Sequence record: SRR31156797_1198
Length of the DNA: 64,000 nt
Reading direction: 5' to 3' (one strand)
The translations under genes were made by a program, and so were the position numbers. Positions within the stretch are counted from its first letter, which is position 1, and each line of letters opens with the position of its first letter. A model generated the notes under the pieces. That model made no database searches, was not told the origin of the DNA, and saw only the letters and a list, made by a program, of their open reading frames with translations. Below, piece after piece: positions 52,125-64,000 of this stretch.

Positions 52125-52782
52125 GAGACTACCTGAGGAAGGGCTAGTAAAGCTGACTTGGGGAAATGTTAGTGAGATTGATCGAGATTTAGGGATCATC
52201 GTCATTAAACCAAGTGGTGTTGATTATAAGAAGATGACGGTTGATTCAATGGTGGTTTGCGACTTAACGGGAACACCGAAAGAGGCGAAGACGTTGAAGC
52301 CTTCCTCGGATATCAAAACCCATGCGCTATTGTATAAACACTTCGAAGGCGTCAAGGCGATCGTCCATACGCATTCGACAAATGCGGTAAAATGGGCGCA
52401 AGCACAGCGAGACATTCCTGCATATGGAACGACGCATGCGGATACTTTTTATGGTAGTGTCCCTTGTACACGACCATTACGGGCCTCTGAGGTAACGGCA
52501 GACTATGAAAAAGAAACCGGCAAAGTCATTGTCGAGACGTTTGAAAAGCGGGGATTAGATCCGCTTGCATGCCCAGCTGTCCTCACAGCGGGACACGGTC
52601 CCTTTACTTGGGGGCAATCTGCGGAACAAGCGGTCAGCAATAGTATTGTTTTAGAAGAGGTTGCAGAAATGGCACTAGGTACCGAAGCTTTGACCTTAGA
52701 GCGAACACCGATCGCTGATTATTTGCTGGATAAACATTATTTCCGCAAGCATGGCGAACATGCTTATTATGGACAAGGATAA
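52075..52782 (+). CDS. ulaF: L-ribulose-5-phosphate 4-epimerase
   Basis: TWGNVS, IKPSGV, PSSD, HTHS, KHY.RKHG..AYYGQ. Confidence 0.93.
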   Translation: MINQLQLMKERVYQANKRLPEEGLVKLTWGNVSEIDRDLGIIVIKPSGVDYKKMTVDSMVVCDLTGTPKEAKTLKPSSDIKTHALLYKHFEGVKAIVHTHSTNAVKWAQAQRDIPAYGTTHADTFYGSVPCTRPLRASEVTADYEKETGKVIVETFEKRGLDPLACPAVLTAGHGPFTWGQSAEQAVSNSIVLEEVAEMALGTEALTLERTPIADYLLDKHYFRKHGEHAYYGQG

Positions 52783-52825
52783 CGTAAAAGCAGCCATTCC
52801 TAGCGATCAAGGAATGGCTGCTGTT

Positions 52826-53329
52826 CTATTCGTTTTCTTCAACGAGTGTTTTCACATAAAAGCGATCCATCGTGGTATGCTGTGCCGCCAATAGTGGCTG
52901 GGACAATGCGCGATAGCCGGCTTTTTGATAGACATGCAAGGCAGCTTCTAAAGAATGATGGGATTCTAAATAGAGTTGCCGATAGCCTAGTTCAAAAGCT
53001 TTGGCCTCGATCTTCGCCAGCAGGGGATAGCTGAGGCGCTGCCCTTTGGCGGCATCACTAAGATAAAATTTTTGCAGCTCGGCGATTTGCCCTTCTGAAT
53101 CATAAGCGGCAAGACCACCGCCGCCTAAAAGGGTACCCGATTCATCGGTGACGACAAAATAATGGCGGCTAGCAGGATCTGCTGCATAAAATTCACTTAA
53201 GTGGTCTAACTCGGGATCAAAATAGGCAGTTCCTGGAACCGCCAACTGGTGGTTGGTCAAGCTTTTGCGAATGATAGCAGCTAATGGCGCATCATCTTGA
53301 GATTGGATTGGACGAAATATCGGCTTCAT
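52826..53329 (-). CDS. GNAT acetyltransferase
   Basis: AELQKFYL...AKGQRL, LYLES...A...Y...GY. ATG follows AAGGAGG. Confidence 0.85.
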   Translation of the reverse strand: MKPIFRPIQSQDDAPLAAIIRKSLTNHQLAVPGTAYFDPELDHLSEFYAADPASRHYFVVTDESGTLLGGGGLAAYDSEGQIAELQKFYLSDAAKGQRLSYPLLAKIEAKAFELGYRQLYLESHHSLEAALHVYQKAGYRALSQPLLAAQHTTMDRFYVKTLVEENE

Positions 53330-53534
53330 GCAGTTCCTCCTTAACGTAAAAGTAAATGAATAGCTATAGTGTACCACAAGCATCGAGGGAGTGTTTAGTG
53401 ATGATAAGAAAAGCCATCCTCGCAATGGCGCACCTCTTTAATAAGAAAACCGCCCCTCGTTGCCAGGCTCCTAATGTAAAAAGGAGGATGGCGAAACGAG
53501 GGGGCGGTTTTTGTGTTAGTCATGGAAGCAGTAA

Positions 53535-56317
<2,783 letters not shown>

Positions 56318-56476
56318 AATAATAACACCTTTCCTTAATTGATGCCATCATTATAGCGAATGAAAGCGGCTAAAAGTAAGCGGATACGGATTCCGTACAT
56401 ATCTCTCAAGAAATGAAAAAAATTCCGCATCCGGAACACAGTGTTACAAAAAAAGATGGTTCAGTAAACTGAACCA

Positions 56477-57235
56477 TCAAGGGTTGGAACGATAATCTTG
56501 TAAATAGCCGATCAGTGTTTCTAAAATCGCTACTGAAGGCAATTGACTAGTCAAATCAAGAAAGATGTCTTTGCGTTCCTCTTTGATCGCATACTCGATC
56601 GAATAATCGCACAGGCGTGCCAACGTACTTTCCCGATTAGGGGTAATGCAGTATTTCTGCACGATCGCTTGATTGTCTAAACCGGTAATGACTTCGATCA
56701 GTTCTTTGGTTTCACCAGAGACACTCAGAAAAACCAAAACATTTTTTTGATCTTTTCGCAAAAAGCTTTTGATTGGGTAGGTCAGCTCATCAATGCTGAT
56801 ACTAAAGTAACCGAGACTGGCTAGCTTGCGGGCAACGTATTGCGCGATCGCACCGGATGCCCCCATCCCCATAAATAAGATCAAATCGGCATCCCGCATC
56901 GCTTCGGCAAGTTTTCGTATTTGGTATTCCGCATCAGGGTGGAAGATCTGCATATTCAAGCCTTTGATGCGCGCTTCTAAACCTAAGTGTTCAGGATGCG
57001 CGTCAAAATGGGCTTTTTCTAAATGATTTTTGATATAGAAGCGAAATTCTGGAAACGACTGAAAGCCGACTTTTTGAATAAAACGAAAGACCGAAGTCGA
57101 AGAGACATGAGCATCATCGGCAATGTCGCGCACACGCATATACGGGATCTTTTCTAAGTGATTGACGATAAAACGGTAGATTTCTTGTTCTACCGCAGAG
57201 AGCTTGTTCAAGTTTAATTGTTCAAAAAGCGCCAT
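56477..57235 (-). CDS. RpiR/MurR-family regulator
   Basis: VSSTSVFRFIQKVGF.SF.EF HTH plus SIS domain (SVSGET). Confidence 0.9.
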   Translation of the reverse strand: MALFEQLNLNKLSAVEQEIYRFIVNHLEKIPYMRVRDIADDAHVSSTSVFRFIQKVGFQSFPEFRFYIKNHLEKAHFDAHPEHLGLEARIKGLNMQIFHPDAEYQIRKLAEAMRDADLILFMGMGASGAIAQYVARKLASLGYFSISIDELTYPIKSFLRKDQKNVLVFLSVSGETKELIEVITGLDNQAIVQKYCITPNRESTLARLCDYSIEYAIKEERKDIFLDLTSQLPSVAILETLIGYLQDYRSNP

Positions 57236-57292
57236 GCTGGTTCCTCGCTGTCCTAGATAATCAATTTACACCAGTATAGCATATCCGAACTT

Positions 57293-58219
57293 TTAACGGT
57301 GCAGCTGTTGGTGGATCTGATAGACTGCGCCGATCAAGCCGGCATCGTTTTTTAGCTTCGCTGGACGAACAGGCGCGATGGTTTGTCCGCGCAAATAATT
57401 AATCGCTTCATGCCGTGTTTCCGTGATCGTCAAGCGAGCCTGCAGGCGTTCCCAGAAATAAGGATTGGCGCTGATACCGCCGCCGATCAATACCAATTTT
57501 GGGTCAAAACAGCTAATCAAATTGATCAGTCCTACAGATAAATCCGTTAGAAATTGGTCCGTCAGCTTCAACGCCAATGCTTCGCCTTGCTGCGCGCGGT
57601 CAAAAATCTCTTTGGCGTCTTGGGTGGGTTCAAAGCCAGGAACTGCTGCGCCAGATAAATTGTAGAGGCGAATCAAGCCGCCCACGACGGCAGTTTTTTT
57701 ATTGATGGAACTTTCCTCGATATTGCCTTCTTCTGGCAGCTGATCGATCACCATCCAACCAAATTCACCAGCCATGCCATGAGCACCTCGGTAGACTTGA
57801 TTATTGATTACAATCCCACCGCCTACACCAGTGCCTAGGACAAGACACAAATAGTTGGCTACCTCTTGCGCATTCCCGATCCATTTTTCAGCAATCGCTG
57901 CTGCATTGGCATCATTTTCCACCGCCACAGGCAATCCTGTACGCGCTTCCAAGACTGCTTTAAAATTTTCACCATATAACGATTTGATAGCGCCAGCCGT
58001 TAACATAAACCCGTCTTTTTGAACGATCCCTGGGGCACTGATCCCAATGCCATCAATCGTGTGGCGGCTCTGGGCATCTTCGATGATCGTGAGTAGATCC
58101 TGATAAAACTGGGCTGGCTCATAGCTAGTGGGGATCGCTGATTTTTCAAGGATCATTCCGGTTTCATCTAAAACCCCATATTTAATACTTGTTCCGCCAA
58201 TATCAAATCCTACGTACAT
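57293..58219 (-). CDS. ROK-family sugar kinase (beta-glucoside kinase-like)
   Basis: DIGGT, ENDANAAA, LGTGVGGG, GEFG. No HTH. Confidence 0.88.
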   Translation of the reverse strand: MYVGFDIGGTSIKYGVLDETGMILEKSAIPTSYEPAQFYQDLLTIIEDAQSRHTIDGIGISAPGIVQKDGFMLTAGAIKSLYGENFKAVLEARTGLPVAVENDANAAAIAEKWIGNAQEVANYLCLVLGTGVGGGIVINNQVYRGAHGMAGEFGWMVIDQLPEEGNIEESSINKKTAVVGGLIRLYNLSGAAVPGFEPTQDAKEIFDRAQQGEALALKLTDQFLTDLSVGLINLISCFDPKLVLIGGGISANPYFWERLQARLTITETRHEAINYLRGQTIAPVRPAKLKNDAGLIGAVYQIHQQLHR

Positions 58220-58294
58220 TCTTCTTCCTCACCTTCCAAAACATTGTTGCCTTAAGTGTACCATCTGGCAGGAGGAATTTTTTTCTTTTTTCAG

Positions 58295-58846
58295 CTATTT
58301 TTTGACAGCCGTTTCCGCTGCATCCAAATAAAACAAAATGTCACTTTTGCCTTCCTGATTGGTTCCTTTGTACACCTCCGTATCCAGGCCTCCGATACGA
58401 AAGCCTGCTCGCAAGTAAAACAGACAGGCAGAAGGATTGTTGTCCTGCGCTTGTGTATAGATGCCGCGATAGTCTTTGGCAAGGGCCGCTTTCATTGCCT
58501 GTTGGATCAACAGTTGACCGATTCCTTGCTTGCGGTAGTCTGTGTTGACCTTTAAGTCATAGAGGTACAGATACTTGAAAAAAGCGTCTTGAACGATCGC
58601 TAAGCCGATGCATTTTCCATCATCATAAGCACCGATAAACAGACTGTTTCGGCTCATTTCATCATAGCAATAATTTTCATCTGGGAAACGCATCGTCTGA
58701 ATGTCTTCAGGTGCAAATTTACAGATCGTGTACTGCCAGTTGCCCTCATTATAAGACGGCAGCATTTTCCCCCATAAGGAGAAGGGTTCGTTTTTCAAGC
58801 GGATATCAGCTTGGTGTTCTTGATCGATCAGTTTGATTTCTAGCAT
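58295..58846 (-). CDS. GNAT acetyltransferase, streptothricin acetyltransferase (SatA)-like
   Basis: NEPF...G.M.P....G.W.Y N-terminus, DYRKQGIG, QDNN.SAC.FY, GGLDT.VY pattern. Confidence 0.7.
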   Translation of the reverse strand: MLEIKLIDQEHQADIRLKNEPFSLWGKMLPSYNEGNWQYTICKFAPEDIQTMRFPDENYCYDEMSRNSLFIGAYDDGKCIGLAIVQDAFFKYLYLYDLKVNTDYRKQGIGQLLIQQAMKAALAKDYRGIYTQAQDNNPSACLFYLRAGFRIGGLDTEVYKGTNQEGKSDILFYLDAAETAVKK

Positions 58847-59149
58847 GGGACACCTCGGTTTTCTATAGTTTTCAATCATGAGTATTTAAAAGTAAGTTGT
58901 TGCAGTTTAGTTTACTACAAAGAATGAAAAATCACGATACTTATTAAACAGTCTGGTCTTCCTGTGAGAAGGGACGTTTTTGTAGGAGTAACTTAGTTGT
59001 TTGTCTATACATTTAGGTGGAAAAAGCAGAAAATATTCTATTGATACCTTAGTCACAATGACCGACGGAAAAATACGTCTTAAGTTTGATTATATTTATC
59101 GCTTGTTTTTTTATACTGAAGGTAGATAGAAAAAACGGAGGACAATCAC

Positions 59150-59536
59150 TTGAAAAAAGCAATTAGTATGATCCTGCTCGTGTTAACGATCGGGACCGTC
59201 ACATTGGTTACATGGTCTTATTTTACGAAAGATGATTCCAGCGAACTGGTTCAGCTGGTGGATCGTTTCAATCCTTTCGTACCGGAGAAAAAGGTTTATG
59301 TCAAAACATCCAATGAGTATGGCGTGCCGCAAGAACATGATGCCTATGAATATACGCAAGAAGGAATCAATGAAGATGGACAAAAAATAAAAATCACGTT
59401 TTGGGCACCACAAAAATTAAAAGAAAATGCCTACATAGAGCTTGATGCAAAGGGCAAACATGTGGAGTCGTATCAAGAGGTGACCGAGCAGGATCTCCCT
59501 GACGCTATCAAAGACGAGTTGGTTACGACCCATTGA
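59150..59536 (+). CDS. YxeA-family (DUF1093) exported protein
   Basis: N-terminal TM, DRFNPF, Y......EDG, L...AY..L, V.SY.EV....LP. Confidence 0.75.
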   Translation: MKKAISMILLVLTIGTVTLVTWSYFTKDDSSELVQLVDRFNPFVPEKKVYVKTSNEYGVPQEHDAYEYTQEGINEDGQKIKITFWAPQKLKENAYIELDAKGKHVESYQEVTEQDLPDAIKDELVTTH

Positions 59537-59669
59537 TCATCGAGCCTGCTTGAAGAAACGGACAGAAAGTCATTTCCCACAAGTTGGGAGATGGCTTTTT
59601 TTTAGTACCTTCACCTAAAGAAAAGTTCGCCAAGATTTGATTTGGGTGAAAAAGATTAGAGGATGATAG

Positions 59670-59735
59670 AATTTTCAGAAAAAATAGATAATTTTTTCAA
59701 TTCTTAGTTGCAATAGCAGAAACGTCTGGTATTCT
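59670..59735 (+). promoter_or_regulatory. CodY box and promoter of the amino-acid permease
   Basis: AATTTTCAGAAAAAA (consensus AATTTTCWGAAAATT), then TTGCAA-N16-TATTCT with an extended TG. Confidence 0.6.
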
Positions 59736-59832
59736 CTATGAGGTAGTTAAAAAAATCATTCATATAATTAAAAATAGCAACAGTGAGAGAATCACTGTGT
59801 ATGAAGGATCAACGGTTTTCGAGGAGGAACGT

Positions 59833-61179
59833 ATGACAGAAAAAAATCAATTAAAAAAACAGATGAAAACCAGACACATCACTATGTTGGCACTAGGTGG
59901 CGCAATCGGTGCCGGCCTATTCAAAGGCAGTGGGGAAGCGATCCAGTTAGCGGGGCCTGCGGTCTTGCTAGCGTTTATTTTTTGTGGGCTGATCTTATTT
60001 GTCGTCATGACAGGACTGGGACAGTTGGTTTTATCTGACCAAAAACAACATGGCCTTTCGGGCTTAGTCCAGCCGTATCTTGGCTTGCATACAGCTGATT
60101 TCATTGATTGGATCTACTGGTCAATGTGGATGATCAACATCATTGCCGAAGCAGTTGCTGCCGCAAGCTTTTTGCAGCTGTGGTTTCCCAATATTCCAGC
60201 TTGGATCTTTGTTTTGATTTTGGCACTACTCACGACCATCATCAATTTGTTTTCGGTCCGCTTGTTTGCAGAAACGGAATACTGGCTTTCGTGGGCCAAA
60301 ATCAGTGTGGTGATTGTGCTGATCTTGGTGGGTCTCTATCTGGTTGCCACGCAAGTCTTTGATCTGGGCTTTTTACCGACGATGAGACAAATGACAGACT
60401 ATGGTGGTTTTGCCCCTCACGGTCTCAAAGGATTTATCAATTCTTTATTGGTCGTAATCTATTCGTATGGCGGTTCTGAGTTAGTAGCCATCACGATTAG
60501 TGAAGCAGAAAATCCAAAAAAAGCGATCCCTCAAGCAATCAAAGGAGTAATGACTCGGATTGCCGCTTTTTACATCATTCCCATGTTTCTTTTACTGATC
60601 ATTTATCCGTGGAATCAATTAGCAGATCCAAATGTCAGTCCCTTTGTAATGGTGTTTCAAAAAATCCATGTGCCTTTTGCTTCCGACATCGTTAATTTAG
60701 TGATCATTTTGGCCTTGTTTTCCTCCATCAATTCTGGGGTCTATGCTTCTTCAAGAACGTTGTTTTTCCGGTTAAGCAACAATGGCCAGAAAAAAAGCCG
60801 CTTCACGATGCTGAATAAAAACAGCGTGCCCCAACGAGCGATCATGTTTTGCAGCGGTACTTTATATCTTGGAGTCGTTCTTTCTTACTTTTTAGGCGAC
60901 AAACTCTTCAATTATCTGGCAGGCTCCCTGTCGTATACTGTATTACTGATTTGGTTGTTGATCAGTGTGGCGGCGTTTGTTTTGGTACGCAAGCAGAAGA
61001 AAATGGGCTATACGATTTTTTTGGGTGGGGCGATCCTTGCGTTGCTTTTGCTGTTTGCCGGAATCTTGATCACTAACCCATTAGCGGTTACAGGTTTCAC
61101 CGCATTGCTGTATACGATCATTTTTCTTAGTTTTTATTGGAACCATCGAAAAATAGGGGACACCAGTGGAAAAAGTTGA
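59833..61179 (+). CDS. APC-family amino-acid permease
   Basis: RHITMLALGGAIGAGLF, ETEYW.S..K, YGGSEL, SPFV motifs. Confidence 0.92.
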   Translation: MTEKNQLKKQMKTRHITMLALGGAIGAGLFKGSGEAIQLAGPAVLLAFIFCGLILFVVMTGLGQLVLSDQKQHGLSGLVQPYLGLHTADFIDWIYWSMWMINIIAEAVAAASFLQLWFPNIPAWIFVLILALLTTIINLFSVRLFAETEYWLSWAKISVVIVLILVGLYLVATQVFDLGFLPTMRQMTDYGGFAPHGLKGFINSLLVVIYSYGGSELVAITISEAENPKKAIPQAIKGVMTRIAAFYIIPMFLLLIIYPWNQLADPNVSPFVMVFQKIHVPFASDIVNLVIILALFSSINSGVYASSRTLFFRLSNNGQKKSRFTMLNKNSVPQRAIMFCSGTLYLGVVLSYFLGDKLFNYLAGSLSYTVLLIWLLISVAAFVLVRKQKKMGYTIFLGGAILALLLLFAGILITNPLAVTGFTALLYTIIFLSFYWNHRKIGDTSGKS

Positions 61180-61285
61180 AGAACCCTCCCTTAAGGCATA
61201 AACTGATGGAGAAGGAACAGCCCGCTTGGCTATTTTTTCGCTTCTCAGGAACATGTCTAAAAATAAAGTAAAGGAGAATACGAAA

Positions 61286-61714
61286 ATGGTTAATTTTTGG
61301 ACATTGATTTTCGGCACCCTCAGCTGGGTTGTGGTGGAAAGTCTGCTTTACAACCCGATGCATAAGTGGGGCAAGTTTTGGGCGAAAGAATCAGGAATGG
61401 CAGAGAAGATGGACGGTCAGCAGATGAAGACCGGTGACATGCTCTTTACCTTTGGCGGCACGATTGTTGGTGGGATTCTCTTATCGGCAGCGACCTATCA
61501 AGTCGTCTATTGGTTTGCCACATTCGATCATGATGGTTGGCTGATGACCTCCTTGCAAGTCGCTTGCTTATTGTGGCTAGGGGTGTATGGGGTCGCCACC
61601 TTCGTGATGGCTGTTTACTCGGGACAGTCCCGTAAATTAGTTGGGCTGCACCTTGTGAATGGGTTTCTAGGAGTGATCGTTTTAGGGCTTGTTGTCGGAC
61701 TAATTGGACAATAG
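61286..61714 (+). CDS. DUF1761-like membrane protein
   Basis: Y.P...GK.W...SG motif and four TM helices. Confidence 0.6.
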   Translation: MVNFWTLIFGTLSWVVVESLLYNPMHKWGKFWAKESGMAEKMDGQQMKTGDMLFTFGGTIVGGILLSAATYQVVYWFATFDHDGWLMTSLQVACLLWLGVYGVATFVMAVYSGQSRKLVGLHLVNGFLGVIVLGLVVGLIGQ

Positions 61715-61957
61715 GCAGCAATCATATCCCAGCGAGAACGTTCAAAGATCTCAACGAATCAATCCTAAAGAAAGCCGATCTTGTCTCGACAAGGTTGGTT
61801 TTTTTGCGCGTGAAATTAATCTCACTATAAAAAAAAGCTATAAAAGCAAATTGTTTATGCTATACTGAAAATAACTCAATTTGACAGGAAACACAAACCC
61901 ACGGGTTTGCGAAAAATCATGAAAGAAGGAAACTTAGGGAAAACGAGGAGGGGAAAA

Positions 61958-62458
61958 ATGAAAACGAAAAGCAAGTTAGGTAGAAGAATGTTTGCTACCG
62001 TTTGTTTGGCGGTGCTATTTTTTTTGGCAAGCTGCAGCCGCTCAGGGGTTGACTCTGCAGCTGCAAATCAAGTATTGACCAATAGCAACAGTCATCAACA
62101 AAATGCCTTGTACGTTTTGGAAGATGGAAAGCTCACCGTCAATAAAACGCTGAGTTTTTTGGTCGATCCGAATCAGGAACCTGCGGACTTGGTAGAAGAA
62201 CAAGAGGCGCAATTAGTGCAGATCAACGAAACACTGCAAGCAGAGTTTCCCAAAAGCAAAGCACTGACTGCGGCAGACATCGGCACTATGCACACCTTTG
62301 AAGTGACAAATGCCCAAGTGATCATTGATCAAGAGAAAAAGGAAGTGCGCATGACTGGCGATGATTTTGAGAAAGTATTCAAAATGGTGGACAACAATGA
62401 CAAGCGTCTGATCGATGATGAACAAAACGAGTACGAGTTTTCTTACGATGAGAAATAG
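61958..62458 (+). CDS. Hypothetical lipoprotein
   Basis: Basic N-terminus, hydrophobic stretch, lipobox LASC, strong RBS. Confidence 0.7.
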   Translation: MKTKSKLGRRMFATVCLAVLFFLASCSRSGVDSAAANQVLTNSNSHQQNALYVLEDGKLTVNKTLSFLVDPNQEPADLVEEQEAQLVQINETLQAEFPKSKALTAADIGTMHTFEVTNAQVIIDQEKKEVRMTGDDFEKVFKMVDNNDKRLIDDEQNEYEFSYDEK

Positions 62459-62566
62459 CAAGTGATAAAAAAGCAGCTGCCTCCGACGAGACAACCGCTT
62501 TAGACTGCAGACAAACCTTAGACAAAAATGAGGTTTGTTTTTTTCGTTGCAAAATATTAGTGACTA

Positions 62567-63703
62567 TTACGGAAAACATTTTGCGCAAGGAGTAAGTCCG
62601 CGACTTTGCGCTTCTGCTAAAGTTGCAGGCGTGTAGGTACCGTTACCGCATTTTCTCGTATGATATTTCGAACCTGTTGGTGTAACGAGGACCGACGTTT
62701 GGGCTTGATTGCTAGCAGCGGCTGGCTGGCTTTGTTCTGGCACAGCGGCGGCTGCCTGCCGTTCTTCCTCCGCCTTAGCTTGTGCGGCTGCTTGTTCGTT
62801 GGCAGTGATCGTTCGCGCCACTGTTTTCGTTCGAGTAGCTAATTCCTCATCGGGGGTCTTGAGACGAGCGACAGCATCTTCTGCACGAGCAAGGGCATCT
62901 TTTGTCGGCTCCGCCTCTGCCGCTTCCACCGCTTGGACAGCTTCTGCAACGAGGGCTTCTGCTTCTTTCTCAGAAATCTTGGTTTCTACAGTGGATAACC
63001 GACTTTCAAACGTTTCCTTGTTCAAAACCGCTTGTGCGACTAATTCTTTTGCCTGATCGAAATCACTGCGCTCAAGGGAAGCTTCAGCAGTATCGAGGGC
63101 TTTGCCGATGGCAAGATGTTCTTCCACCACGGTTAGCCGGGTAGCGAAATCTTCGTAGGTTTTACTCAAAGCATGAATCAGCGTCACGGCTTCGTCGTAA
63201 TTCTTTTGGTTTGGCTGGGTTTCGGCAAGCGCCAGTGCCGTCTCGGCTTTTTCCAGTGCTGCTTGTTCTTGTTTTTCAGCTTGCAAACTCGCTAGAAATG
63301 CGCGAGAAGGTTTGACGGTGACGACTTCTTCTTTGGCGCTTCCACCCATTGAGGCTTGGAGGGTAAATTCCTGTTCCTCTTCATCTTCAAGTTGCACGGT
63401 GTAAGAAAATGTTTCGTCCGCCAGCGAAACCTCCACCCCGTTGATCGTCAGTTGCGCTTCTGGGTTGGTTTGACCCGTAATCGCCGCTTCGCCTTGTTCG
63501 TTGGTAACCAGTTCTGCTTCATCTACGTGAAGCTCCGGTGTTGCTGCTGGAGTCATTAGTGCTCCGCCAATCAACAAGAGAAAACCACCCATAAAAATAA
63601 CGATTTTGTTGCGAAGCGACTTTTTCTTGATCAAACTAAGAACAAAAAAGATTCCGCTTACAACCATTGTCAAAAAACCAACAACAAAAATAAATATCCC
63701 CAT
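62567..63703 (-). CDS. Membrane-anchored surface protein: Ig-like domain, helical repeats, C-terminal Cys/His metal-binding-like domain
   Basis: Two N-terminal TMs, ITGQT.PEA.LTING, and C-terminal TPTGSKYH...C...A...GL.PC.KC. Confidence 0.7.
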   Translation of the reverse strand: MGIFIFVVGFLTMVVSGIFFVLSLIKKKSLRNKIVIFMGGFLLLIGGALMTPAATPELHVDEAELVTNEQGEAAITGQTNPEAQLTINGVEVSLADETFSYTVQLEDEEEQEFTLQASMGGSAKEEVVTVKPSRAFLASLQAEKQEQAALEKAETALALAETQPNQKNYDEAVTLIHALSKTYEDFATRLTVVEEHLAIGKALDTAEASLERSDFDQAKELVAQAVLNKETFESRLSTVETKISEKEAEALVAEAVQAVEAAEAEPTKDALARAEDAVARLKTPDEELATRTKTVARTITANEQAAAQAKAEEERQAAAAVPEQSQPAAASNQAQTSVLVTPTGSKYHTRKCGNGTYTPATLAEAQSRGLTPCAKCFP

Positions 63704-64000
63704 ACTTTTTTTCCAGTTCCTTTCTTGTGAATAATTTAATTATAACATTTTTACTAACGTATCCGCCATCAATAACCGGCTAGCAAGGGTTGCTGAACGT
63801 ATGGAGGGAGTTCAACTAGCAAACCAATAGATTTTTATCAATAATGAATAGATTTACATAAATTTTTATTATAAAATGATGTATAAAGAGTTGTTTTTCG
63901 TTTGTATTTGCTTTTTTTGCTAAACAGCTCTTGGTCCTAATACACGTATTTACTTCATTACTAGAAAAAGACGCTTTGAACAAACGGATGAAATCGAGCA

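Noticed and set aside
59760-59832. Riboswitch or T-box before the amino-acid permease
   Set aside because: Only a short hairpin (ACAGTGA/TCACTGT). No T-box or lysine-riboswitch consensus and no terminator.

Overview
Chromosomal segment of a low-GC Firmicute. Gene content and order, plus flagellar genes, suggest a motile-lineage Enterococcus (E. casseliflavus/gallinarum-like); this is inference. The window begins with a conserved core block (ymfF-ymfH peptidases, rodZ, pgsA, cinA, recA, rny), a trehalose locus (treR, beta-PGM, GH65 phosphorylase, PTS IIBCA), an MFS exporter and small regulator/membrane genes. It continues with the tail of a flagellar cluster (flagellin-flaG-fliD-fliT-like-fliS), MarR plus a heterodimeric ABC exporter, copA, three GH1 and three cellobiose-type PTS IIC genes, uvrC, an L-ascorbate (ula) operon, GNATs, an amino-acid permease and surface proteins. 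No rRNA, tRNA, CRISPR array or transposase was seen. The main anomaly is an abrupt junction at ~21,666, where a 5'-truncated AraC-type response regulator (minus strand) is fused head-to-head to a 5'-truncated flagellin (plus strand). This indicates a large deletion, an inversion breakpoint or a misassembly. Other candidates are a uORF-containing attenuator before the MFS exporter, a possible sRNA at ~17.1 kb, a ROK-like extra domain on the trehalose phosphorylase and a distant copy of a GntR operator. I could not support a wholly new multi-gene system from sequence alone.
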